From Calditrichaceae bacterium (lineage in GTDB: Bacteria > Calditrichota > Calditrichia > RBG-13-44-9 > J075), in contig JABWBP010000026.1 in the NCBI GenBank assembly GCA_013360445.1, positions 6,389 to 70,388 on the forward strand: a DNA stretch of 64,000 nt. The letters run 5' to 3'. Shown here piece by piece: positions 34,874-43,382 of the stretch. Under the pieces are notes generated by a model that was not told the DNA's origin, did not search any database, and was given only the letters and a program-made list of their open reading frames with translations. How positions within the stretch are numbered: position 1 is the first letter of the stretch; each line of letters starts with the position of its first letter. The position numbers and the translations under genes are program-made.

Positions 34874-35091
34874 GTGCAGCACAAATTGCACAAGAAGCTA
34901 AATTTCAGAATGAATAGCCCTGCGCTTCAGCGCGGGGAAATAAAAATTGGAGTAAAACTTTTGGGGGCTTCAGCCCCGAGTATTCCCAAAACGCGGGGCT
35001 GAAGCCCCGGAAAAGGTTCTGAGAGTACTTTGATCTCCCCGCGCTGAAGCGCGGGGCTACTCATTTCAAATTTGTGCAATTTGTGCTGCGC
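34874..35091. repeat. ~218-bp three-level nested palindrome (MITE-like)
   Basis: Outer arms: gcagcacaaattgcacaa (34876-34893) vs ttgtgcaatttgtgctgc (35072-35089). Middle arms: aatgaatagccctgcgcttcagcgcgggga vs tccccgcgctgaagcgcggggctactcatt. Inner arms: gggggcttcagccccg (34963-34978) vs cggggctgaagccccg (34993-35008). Each inner and middle arm is itself a GC hairpin with a ttca/tgaa loop. Confidence 0.8.
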
Positions 35092-35203
35092 CCGATAAAA
35101 CCTCCCGGAACTTCACAATCTCCCGCAGGTTTGGTATATCTTTCCGTTATTGGATTTGCAGGCATTCATGTTTATTATGCCACCAAAAAAACGGGGAAGG
35201 AAT

Positions 35204-36274
35204 ATGGCGTTGAAAATGAAAGGAATGAAATGGGTGCTGGTTCTTCTGCTGCTCGTGGCGGCTCTGGCGCTCCCGAAGCTGCTGGTCTCCGGTAAAAATC
35301 CATCCGGCAGACCGGCCGGCGGCAGCCAGCAAAACCTGTTAGCGGTGCAGGTACGGGTGGTTCAGCCGAAATTATTGCAAAATAGCATTCGCACCACCGG
35401 AACTTTACTGGCCAACGAAGAAGTGGAATTGCGCAGCGAAGCGACCGGCAAAGTCACCGGCATTTTCTTCAAAGAAGGCAGCCGGGTGAGCAAGGGCGAT
35501 TTGCTGGTCAAGATCAACAACGCGGATTTGCAGGCGCAATTGCAAAAGCTGCAATTTCAGAAAGAGTTGGCGGAGGAGCGGGAGTTCCGCCAGCGCAAGC
35601 AGTTGGAAACCGACCTGACCAGCCAGGAGCAGTACGACATTGCCCTGAACGCTCTCAACGGCGTAAAAGCGGATATCGAAGTGGTGGAAGCGCAGATCGC
35701 CAAAACCGAAATCCGCGCCCCCTTTGACGGGCAGATCGGCTTGAAATACATCAGTGAAGGCAGCTATCTTTCCCCCGCGGTCAAAGTCGCCAACCTTCTC
35801 AATATCCATCCCATCAAAATCGAATTTTCCATCCCGGAAAAGTACGCCACGGAGGTGCAGCCCGGGGATAAAATTTCCTTTACTATCCAGGGGTCGAGCA
35901 ACACCTACGAAGGCGAAATTTACGCCATCGAGCCGAAAATCGACCCCCTCACCCGTACCTTGCTGGTGCGGGCGTTATCCCCAAATCCCCGGCGAACCCT
36001 TTATCCCGGGGCGTTCGCAGACGTGCAGTTGATCAGCGAGCAGATTCCCAACGCCTTGCTGATCCCTACCGAGGCGGTGATACCGGAGCTGAACGCCAAA
36101 AAAGTGTTTCTCTACAAAAACGGCAAAGCTACCTCTATGGCTGTAGAAACCGGCACACGTACCCCGGAAGAAATTCAAGTTACCAGCGGAATAGCCGCCG
36201 GGGATACCGTGATTACCAGCGGAACATTACAACTGCGGCAGGGCATGCCGGTGAAAATTTCGGAACTAAGATAA
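35204..36274 (+). CDS. RND efflux periplasmic adaptor (MFP/HlyD family)
   Basis: ATG 35204 gives MALKMKGMKWVLVLLLLVAALAL. Coiled-coil segment, IRAPFDGQIG block, C-terminal barrel. Confidence 0.8.
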   Translation: MALKMKGMKWVLVLLLLVAALALPKLLVSGKNPSGRPAGGSQQNLLAVQVRVVQPKLLQNSIRTTGTLLANEEVELRSEATGKVTGIFFKEGSRVSKGDLLVKINNADLQAQLQKLQFQKELAEEREFRQRKQLETDLTSQEQYDIALNALNGVKADIEVVEAQIAKTEIRAPFDGQIGLKYISEGSYLSPAVKVANLLNIHPIKIEFSIPEKYATEVQPGDKISFTIQGSSNTYEGEIYAIEPKIDPLTRTLLVRALSPNPRRTLYPGAFADVQLISEQIPNALLIPTEAVIPELNAKKVFLYKNGKATSMAVETGTRTPEEIQVTSGIAAGDTVITSGTLQLRQGMPVKISELR

Positions 36275-36286
36275 TAAGGAATCATT

Positions 36287-39200
36287 ATGAGTTTATCCTC
36301 CATCAGTATAAAACGCCCGGTTCTGGCCATTGTGATGTCCCTGGCGATCGTGATCTTCGGGGTCATTGGGTTCGTATTTCTGGGAGTGCGGGAATATCCC
36401 AACGTGGACCCGCCGGTGGTTACGGTCAGCGCGAATTATACCGGCGCCAATGCCGACGTGATCGAATCCCAGATCACCCAGCCCTTAGAGGAGAGCATCA
36501 GCGGGGCCTCGGGGATTCGCACCCTCTCCTCGGTCAGCCGGGAAGGCCGCGCCACTATTACCGTGGAATTCGATCTGGATATCGACATGGAGGCGGCAAC
36601 CAATGACGTGCGCGACCGGGTATCCCGGGCAGTGCAAAACCTGCCTCCCGACGCCGACGCCCCGGTGGTAATGAAAGCGGACGCAGACGCGGTGCCGATC
36701 ATCTTCCTGAACGTCAAAAGCGACCGGCGCAATTTGCTGGAATTGACCGACATCGCCGAGAATACCTTCAAAGAACGGGTGCAGACCATTCCGGGGGTTA
36801 GCGAAGTGCGCATTTGGGGCGCCAAACGCTACGCCATGCGCTTGTGGCTGGACCCCGCCCGCCTGGCTGCTTACCAGCTAACTCCTTTGGACGTGCGCAA
36901 CGCCCTGGTGCGGGAAAACGTGGAGCTGCCTTCCGGTCGGGTGGAAGGACAGACCACCGAACTGACCATCCGTACCATGGGACGGTTAGAAACCGTAGAA
37001 GATTTCAACAACCTGATCATCAGGGAAGCCGGGGAAAATATTATCCGCCTGCGCGACGTCGGTTACGCGGAATTAGGGGCGGAAAATTATCGCTCCATTC
37101 TCAAGCGCGACGGCGTCCCCATGGTGGGCGTGGTGCTGCTTCCCCAGCCGGGCGCAAATTATATCTCCATTATCGATGAATTTTACCGCCGCGTGGAATT
37201 GATCAAAAAAGATCTACCGGAAGACATCAGCCTGGGAGTCGGTTTCGATACCTCCGAATATATTCGCGATTCTATCTCCGAAGTGGGCCAAACCATCGCA
37301 ATAGCGTTTATCCTGGTGCTGCTGATCATTTTCCTGTTCCTGCGCGATTGGCGCACCACCCTAATTCCCGTGATCGCTATCCCCATCTCCTTGATCGGCT
37401 CTTTTTTCATCATGTACATTGCGGATTTTTCCATTAATGTGCTCACGCTGTTAGGCATCGTGCTGGCAATCGGAATGGTGGTGGACGACGCCATCGTGAT
37501 GTTAGAAAATATTTACGCCAAGGTGGAACAGGGCCTGCCCCCTATTTTGGCGGGCGTGAAAGGGGCGCGGGAGGTTTTTTTCGCCATTATCGCCACCACG
37601 GTGGCCCTGGCGGCGGTGTTCATGCCGGTAATCTTTCTGCAAGGGTTGACCGGGAGACTGTTCCGGGAATTCGGCATCGTAATCGCCGGGGCAGTGATCA
37701 TCTCCTCCTTCGTCTCCCTCACCCTCACCCCCATGTTGAGCACCCGCATTCTGAAAAAGAACGCCCGCCACAACCGTTTTTACGAAATGACCGAACCGTT
37801 TTTCAAGAGCATGATCGGGGGGTATCGCAATCTCCTGAACGCTTTTCTCCGGCGCCGCTGGGTATCCATCATCATTACCCTGGCGGCGGTGGGAATGATC
37901 CTCTTTTTCGGATTAGCGCTCCCGGGGGAGTTGGCGCCCTTAGAAGACCGCAGCGGGATGCGCGTCAGCGCTACCGCCCCGGAAGGCGCTACTTACGAGT
38001 ATATGGATCGCTTCATGGATGAATTGGTGCGGCTGGCGCAGCAGGAAATCCCGGAAACCGAGGCAATCATTTCCGTGACCTCCCCGGGATTTGGAGCTGC
38101 CAGTTCGGTCAATACCGGTTTCTTGCGAATCATGCTGGTGGATTCCGATCAGCGGGAACGCTCTCAGCAAGAAATTGCCGATGATTTTTCCGAGCGAGTG
38201 CGGCAATTGAGCGGGGCGCGGGTGTTTGTAGCCCAGGAGCAATCCATCGGCAGAACCCGCGGCAGCCTGCCGGTGCAGTACGTGTTGGAGGCGCCCAATT
38301 TCGAGAAATTACGGGAAGTTCTGCCGAAATTTGTGGAGGAGGCCCAAAAAGACCCCACCTTTCAATTCGTGGATACCAACCTCAAATTCAACAAACCGGA
38401 GTTGCGGATTCAAATCGACCGGGAGCGGGCGCGCGTCCTGGGGGTTTCGGTGCTGGATATCGCCCAGACCCTGCAATTGGCGCTTAGCGAGCAACGCTTC
38501 GATTTCTTTATTATGAACGGCAAACAGTACCAGGTAATCGGCCAGTTGATCCGGGAAGAGCGAAACCGTCCGGAAGCGTTGAAGTCGATTTACGTTAAAA
38601 ATAACCGCGGCGAGTTGATCCAGTTGGATAACCTGGTCACCTTTAGCGAAGAGAGCGCCCCGCCGCAACTGTTCCGCTTCAACCGCTTCGTTTCCGCAAC
38701 CGTTTCCGCGGGGCTGGCGCGGGGCAAGACCATCGGCGAGGGCATTGCCGCCATGGACGCCATCGCCGAGCGGGTGTTGGATGAATCCTTCCGCACCGAC
38801 CTGGACGGTCCCTCCAAGGATTACGTGGAGAGCTCTTCCAACCTGGTGTTTGCCTTCATCCTGGCGCTGGTGTTCATCTATCTGGTACTGGCGGCGCAGT
38901 TCGAGAGCTTCCGCGACCCTTTCATCATCATGTTCAGCGTGCCGCTGGCGCTGGCGGGGGCGTTGTTCGCGCTGTGGTATTTCAACCAGACCATCAACAT
39001 TTTCAGCCAGATCGGGCAGATCATGCTCATCGGTTTGATCACCAAAAACGGGATTCTAATGGTGGAATTTGCCAACCAGCGCAAGGCTGCAGGGTTGTCC
39101 ATCATGGAAGCGATTCAGGACGCCGCGGTGGCCCGCTTCCGTCCCATCCTGATGACCAGTATCTCCACCATCTTAGGAATTTTGCCGATTGCCCTGGCGT

Positions 39201-39379
39201 TAGGCGCCGGCTCGGAAAGCCGCATTCCCATGGGGATTGCGGTAGTCTGCGGTATGATCGGCGGAACGGCGCTGACCCTGTTCGTGGTGCCGGCGATTTA
39301 TTCCTACCTCTCCTCCGAAAAAATCAAGCACGTAGAGGTGGAAAAAGAAATCGCGGAGTACGAAGCGGAAATGCGGTAG
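36287..39379 (+). CDS. RND efflux permease (AcrB/HAE1-like)
   Basis: 1030 aa. 12-TM architecture with two large periplasmic loops. N-terminal SIKRPVLAIVMSLAIVIFG and VVDDAIVMLENI block. Confidence 0.9.
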   Translation: MSLSSISIKRPVLAIVMSLAIVIFGVIGFVFLGVREYPNVDPPVVTVSANYTGANADVIESQITQPLEESISGASGIRTLSSVSREGRATITVEFDLDIDMEAATNDVRDRVSRAVQNLPPDADAPVVMKADADAVPIIFLNVKSDRRNLLELTDIAENTFKERVQTIPGVSEVRIWGAKRYAMRLWLDPARLAAYQLTPLDVRNALVRENVELPSGRVEGQTTELTIRTMGRLETVEDFNNLIIREAGENIIRLRDVGYAELGAENYRSILKRDGVPMVGVVLLPQPGANYISIIDEFYRRVELIKKDLPEDISLGVGFDTSEYIRDSISEVGQTIAIAFILVLLIIFLFLRDWRTTLIPVIAIPISLIGSFFIMYIADFSINVLTLLGIVLAIGMVVDDAIVMLENIYAKVEQGLPPILAGVKGAREVFFAIIATTVALAAVFMPVIFLQGLTGRLFREFGIVIAGAVIISSFVSLTLTPMLSTRILKKNARHNRFYEMTEPFFKSMIGGYRNLLNAFLRRRWVSIIITLAAVGMILFFGLALPGELAPLEDRSGMRVSATAPEGATYEYMDRFMDELVRLAQQEIPETEAIISVTSPGFGAASSVNTGFLRIMLVDSDQRERSQQEIADDFSERVRQLSGARVFVAQEQSIGRTRGSLPVQYVLEAPNFEKLREVLPKFVEEAQKDPTFQFVDTNLKFNKPELRIQIDRERARVLGVSVLDIAQTLQLALSEQRFDFFIMNGKQYQVIGQLIREERNRPEALKSIYVKNNRGELIQLDNLVTFSEESAPPQLFRFNRFVSATVSAGLARGKTIGEGIAAMDAIAERVLDESFRTDLDGPSKDYVESSSNLVFAFILALVFIYLVLAAQFESFRDPFIIMFSVPLALAGALFALWYFNQTINIFSQIGQIMLIGLITKNGILMVEFANQRKAAGLSIMEAIQDAAVARFRPILMTSISTILGILPIALALGAGSESRIPMGIAVVCGMIGGTALTLFVVPAIYSYLSSEKIKHVEVEKEIAEYEAEMR

Positions 39380-39394
39380 GCCGGAATCCTTCAA

Positions 39395-39455
39395 TGAAAC
39401 GTAATGCGTAACCGATGGCTTTTGGCGCATCCTTCCTCACGTTTCACGCATCACG
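39395..39455. repeat. Dispersed repeat copy A (tgaaacgtaatgcgta ... acgcatcacg)
   Basis: The 16-mer tgaaacgtaatgcgta (39395-39410) and the 10-mer acgcatcacg (39446-39455) recur at 56091-56106 and 56128-56137. Confidence 0.75.
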
Positions 39456-39506
39456 GTTCACTTTTCCCTTTTTATTTGTTACTTTTTACTTTTTAAGGAG
39501 GCCGTT

Positions 39507-40280
39507 ATGAAAAAACTTACTACCTACACTTTCGAAGACGCGGATTTGAGAAGTTACTTACAGGAAGAATTCCTGGTCATCCACATCAAACAAAACGCCT
39601 TTGAAATTGTCACCGATCTTTCCGAGAGCAGCCATCTGTTCGATCTGTTGGAGTTGGCAGATGGGGATGAAAAAGTCAAGGGAGTATTTATTCATAATTC
39701 CCCCGGCATTTTCGGAGAAGAAGAGTATGAAATTTTTTTAAGAAAAGTGTTTGGTCTCAAGCCCGATGACCCTTTTAGCAAAATAGCGGCCTACGACAAG
39801 CAGGGGGTTCGCAAGCGCCAGATCAACGTCTTGAACCATTTTATCACCAGCGCCCTGGCTACATCTAAGTTGATCGTGCTGGGATTGCAGGGCTGCGTGG
39901 TCACACCCTTTTTCGGGGCCGGCCTGGCTGCGGATTTACGCTTTGCCTCTCCGGACATGGGTTATTGTTTAGCCCACGTAAAATATGGCCTTCCCCCTAC
40001 CGGCGCGCTGCCCTATTTTTTGCCCCGCTTCCTCGGTCTTAACCATGCCAAAGACTTATTATTCCGGGGCGGGAAAATTCCCGCGCAACAGGCGCTGGAG
40101 CTACGGTTGATCAACCAGATCATCCCCGGGGAGAATTTCGTGCAGGAATGCCTGGGAATACTCCAGGGAATGAAGCACGCCGACGCCAAATTTATCCGCA
40201 TTACCAAACAGTTGACCAATACCTACGCCCGGGAGTTGGAAAACTACCTGGATTTTGAATCCCGGATTCTGTTCTTTTAG
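39507..40280 (+). CDS. Enoyl-CoA hydratase/isomerase (crotonase) superfamily protein
   Basis: 257 aa. Crotonase-fold pattern: GVFIHNSPGIF, GLQGCVVTPFFGAGLAADLRFA, and LLFRGGKIPAQQALELRLINQIIP. Confidence 0.7.
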   Translation: MKKLTTYTFEDADLRSYLQEEFLVIHIKQNAFEIVTDLSESSHLFDLLELADGDEKVKGVFIHNSPGIFGEEEYEIFLRKVFGLKPDDPFSKIAAYDKQGVRKRQINVLNHFITSALATSKLIVLGLQGCVVTPFFGAGLAADLRFASPDMGYCLAHVKYGLPPTGALPYFLPRFLGLNHAKDLLFRGGKIPAQQALELRLINQIIPGENFVQECLGILQGMKHADAKFIRITKQLTNTYARELENYLDFESRILFF

Positions 40281-40517
40281 GAACTCTTCAGGTAGCTTCA
40301 ATGCCGGGAGATGAGATGCGAGACACCCGGAAACTACCTTTTCCCTTGCTTAACTTGGGCAATTTTTAGATATTGCGCCCTCTTTGAAGCAGGGGCAGAC
40401 TTGCCCTGAGCTTGTCGAAGGGCGGCAGGAGCAGCTTGCAGTTCTTCCTGCCGATCCCCAAGGAAGCTTTGCTTATCGGCTACGGCTATTGAACGGAGAA
40501 TTTTGAGAGGCGCCAGT

Positions 40518-41378
40518 ATGAGATTCGGGTTCATCCTTCTAACCAGTATTCTGATTTTGTCCGGCTGCAGCCTGCAAAAATTCGCCCTGAAAACCACCAG
40601 CGGATTGTTCTCCTACGGCATCGAGGCGCTCTACTCGGAGCCGGATTTGCCCATCGCAGAGACCGCCATCGCCTCCAACCTGAAGCTGTTAGATGGCTTT
40701 CACCTCGCCGACCCCAAAAACAAAGATCTGTTAGAAATGCTCGCGCAGGGATACGCCAGTTACAGTCTCGCTTTTTTGGAAGAAACCCAGCCGGAACGCG
40801 CCAGCCTGTTCTACCTGCGCGCCCGGGACTACGGCTTCAAACGCCTGCAACAAACTAAAGCGTTCAAAAACGGCATTCCCGAAAAAGAAGCGGATTTCGC
40901 CAGGCGCCTCCCGGAGATCAAAAAATCGGAAGTGCCGGCGTTGTTTTGGACCGCTTTTGCCTGGGCCGGCTGGGTGAACCTGAACCGCGACAAACCGCAG
41001 GCGGTGTTCGACCTCAACCTGGTGAAGGCAATGATGAACCGGGTGCTGGAATTAGATGAAACTTTCTTTTTCGGCGCGGCGCATTTGTTCTGGGGCAGCA
41101 TTTACGGTTCCCTTCCTCCTTTGTTGGGCGGCAGCCCGGAGAAAGCGAAGGAGCATTTCGACCGCGCTATAGAAATTTCCGAAGACAAATTCCTGGTCGC
41201 GCAGGTTTATTATGCCCGCTACTACGCCGCCGCCACCCTGAATGAGGAGTTATTTGACCGGACATTACTCACCGTGGAAAACGCCCCGCAGGATATTCTG
41301 CCGGGTTACGAATTGATGACCTCCGTCGCCAAGCGCCAGGCAAGGGATTTACAGGCGAAAAAAGAGGAGATGTTTTGA
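40518..41378 (+). CDS. TatT-like TPR lipoprotein (TRAP-transporter-associated T component)
   Basis: ATG 40518 gives a lipobox, MRFGFILLTSILILSGC. All-helical TPR-like. SNLKLLDGFHLADPKNKDLLEMLAQGYASYSLAF resembles the TatT family. Lies directly upstream of TRAP genes. Confidence 0.6.
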   Translation: MRFGFILLTSILILSGCSLQKFALKTTSGLFSYGIEALYSEPDLPIAETAIASNLKLLDGFHLADPKNKDLLEMLAQGYASYSLAFLEETQPERASLFYLRARDYGFKRLQQTKAFKNGIPEKEADFARRLPEIKKSEVPALFWTAFAWAGWVNLNRDKPQAVFDLNLVKAMMNRVLELDETFFFGAAHLFWGSIYGSLPPLLGGSPEKAKEHFDRAIEISEDKFLVAQVYYARYYAAATLNEELFDRTLLTVENAPQDILPGYELMTSVAKRQARDLQAKKEEMF

Positions 41379-41385
41379 AAAAAAG

Positions 41386-41640
41386 TAGGCAGTAGGCAAA
41401 TAGACAGTAGGCAATAGAGAAAATTACCAATTGCGTTACTGCCTACTGCTTACTCAATGTCATTTAGTTAAGCCGTCATGGTTGTCATTCCCGCGAAAGC
41501 GGGAATCTATGACCCCTTAAATCTCTGGATTTCCGCTTTCGCGGAAATGACATTTTGTGTGCGATTCTTCTTAACTAAACGACATTAACGGCTTACTGCC
41601 TACTGCATATTGCATATTGCATACTGCCTGCTGTTCACTA
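41386..41640. repeat. ~255-bp nested palindromic element (MITE-like) between tatT-like and dctP-like genes
   Basis: Word flanks gtaggcagtaggca.../...ttactgcctactgc, with the 14-mer ttactgcctactgc direct at 41436-41449 and 41592-41605. Inverted repeat aatgtcatttagttaag (41456-41472) / cttaactaaacgacatt (41570-41586). Inner mirrored hairpins gtcattcccgcgaaagcgggaat and atttccgctttcgcggaaatgac. Confidence 0.8.
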
Positions 41641-41659
41641 AATCACAGGAGAAAGCATT

Positions 41660-42652
41660 TTGAAGTTCACCCGATTGTTTATCGTTTTCACACTTTTACT
41701 GGGTATTAGCGAAGCCCAGACCATCAAATTCGCCACCGTGGCGCCGGAAGGCTCTACCTACCTGAAGGTCCTTCGCGAATACACCGATGAAGTCACCAAA
41801 CTGACCGGCGAAAAAGTCAAGTTCAAAATTTATCCCAGCCAGATCCAGGGGGATGAGAAGGACGTGCTGCGCAAAATTCGCCTCGGGCAGTTGCACAGCG
41901 CCGGGTTTACCGGGGTGGGGTTAGGCGAGATTATGCCGGAAGTGCGGGTGCTGGAGTTGCCGATGCTTTTCCATACCTACGAAGAGGTGGATCACATCGC
42001 CGCGCAGTTCTATGATGAGTTTGAAAGAAAATTCGAACAGAACGGGTTCATCATCCTCGGCTGGGCGGACGTGGGATTCGCCTACGTTTATGCCCAGAGG
42101 CCAATTCTCACCCTCGCCGACCTCAAGGGCGCCAAAATGTGGATGTGGGAAGGCGACCCGTTGGCGGAGGCAACCTTCAAAGCCCTGGGGGTGAGCGCCA
42201 TTCCCCTCTCTTTAACTGATGTATTGACCTCGCTCCAAACCGGGTTGATTGAAACGGTTTACGTTCACCCGCTGGGTTGCGTGGCCCTGCAATGGTACAC
42301 CCGGGTAAAGACCATGATGGACGTGCCCCTGGCCAACGTTTCCGGGGCGGTGCTGATCTCCAAAAATATGTTTGACAAGTTAGAGCCGGCGCACCAGACC
42401 ATCCTGCGGGAAAAAGGCCGCGAATACATGGCCAAATTGGTGCGGCTGGGGCGGGAAGACAACCAGGCTTCCATCGAATTGATGAAAAAGAACGGGATGG
42501 AAGTGGTCAAAGTGCCGGAGAAGAATCTTCAGGAGTTTTATAACGCCTGCAAAACCGCTCACCAGAACCTGGTCGGGAAGCTCTACAGCCAGGAGTTGCT
42601 GAATAAAGTGAACGCCTCGTTGGAGCAGTTCCGGGCGGAAAAAAGTCATTAA
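41660..42652 (+). CDS. TRAP transporter substrate-binding protein (DctP type), TTG start
   Basis: 330 aa. Signal peptide. IKFATVAPEGSTYLKVLREY and IYPSQIQGDEKDVLRKIRLGQLHSAGFTG are typical of the DctP family. Confidence 0.85.
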   Translation: MKFTRLFIVFTLLLGISEAQTIKFATVAPEGSTYLKVLREYTDEVTKLTGEKVKFKIYPSQIQGDEKDVLRKIRLGQLHSAGFTGVGLGEIMPEVRVLELPMLFHTYEEVDHIAAQFYDEFERKFEQNGFIILGWADVGFAYVYAQRPILTLADLKGAKMWMWEGDPLAEATFKALGVSAIPLSLTDVLTSLQTGLIETVYVHPLGCVALQWYTRVKTMMDVPLANVSGAVLISKNMFDKLEPAHQTILREKGREYMAKLVRLGREDNQASIELMKKNGMEVVKVPEKNLQEFYNACKTAHQNLVGKLYSQELLNKVNASLEQFRAEKSH

Positions 42653-42700
42653 TGGTCATTGGCGGTCATTAATGGTCATAGTGGCCATTGCTGGCAATTA
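42645..42700. repeat. Stutter repeat ('ggtcatt(aa)' words) spanning the dctP stop
   Basis: gtcattaatggtcattggcggtcattaatggtcatagtggccattgctggcaatta. Confidence 0.65.
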
Positions 42701-42888
42701 AGTGATGGCTTCGCCGGAGCAGTACCGGAGGGGAAAGGCGTAAAAGTGATGGGGGTTGGTAGTCCCTGCTCAGTGGTCTGTTGCGGGTTGTTTTTTCACC
42801 AGGCTACGGACAACTGACAGCAAACGACGAACAAAAATTCTTCAATCGGCCGCTAAAACCATTCATTCTTCAACTTTGCACTTACTCC

Positions 42889-43377
42889 ATGCAAAAACTT
42901 CTAAAATCCATCGACAAATCTCTTAGCTTAGTAGAGAACTCCTTCATCGTCGCCATCGTTACCGTGATGGTGCTGCTTTCCTTCCTGCAATTAGTGCTGC
43001 GCAACTTTTTCGATTACGGGATTCTCTGGGGAGATACTTTTCTGCGCCATTTAGTGCTGTGGGTGGGCTTCATCGGCGCTTCCCTGGCCACCCGCGACGA
43101 GAAACACATCAACATCGACCTGTTAGGGCGGATTACCCCGAAGAAATACTTCTCCTACATGCGCATTGTCATCGACCTCGTTACCATGATCGTATGTATC
43201 GCCCTGGCGCGGGCCGGCTATGTCTTCTTGAAATACGAAATCGAGGCGAATACCATCCTGTTCAACGACGTACCGGCATGGTATTTCCAACTGATCATCC
43301 CCATTGGCTTTGCGCTGATCGGTTTCCGGTTTCTGTTGAAAATTTTGGAACGAATGATAACCCTGAATAAAGCATAA
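42889..43377 (+). CDS. TRAP transporter small permease (DctQ type)
   Basis: ATG 42889 (track start 42781). About 162 aa, 4 TM. Position between the P and M components. Confidence 0.75.
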   Translation: MQKLLKSIDKSLSLVENSFIVAIVTVMVLLSFLQLVLRNFFDYGILWGDTFLRHLVLWVGFIGASLATRDEKHINIDLLGRITPKKYFSYMRIVIDLVTMIVCIALARAGYVFLKYEIEANTILFNDVPAWYFQLIIPIGFALIGFRFLLKILERMITLNKA

Positions 43378-43382
43378 CCCCC

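Noticed and set aside
36287-39379. Missing outer-membrane factor (TolC-like) next to the RND pair as a sign of a novel bipartite pump
   Set aside because: OMF genes are frequently unlinked from MFP-RND pairs, so this is not unusual enough to report as a finding.
41484-41549. Resemblance of attcccgcgaaagcgggaat to the Neisseria dRS3 pattern (ATTCCC-N8-GGGAAT)
   Set aside because: The match is only to a short generic palindrome pattern. The context (different flanks, unrelated lineage) makes homology unlikely, so it is recorded as coincidence.
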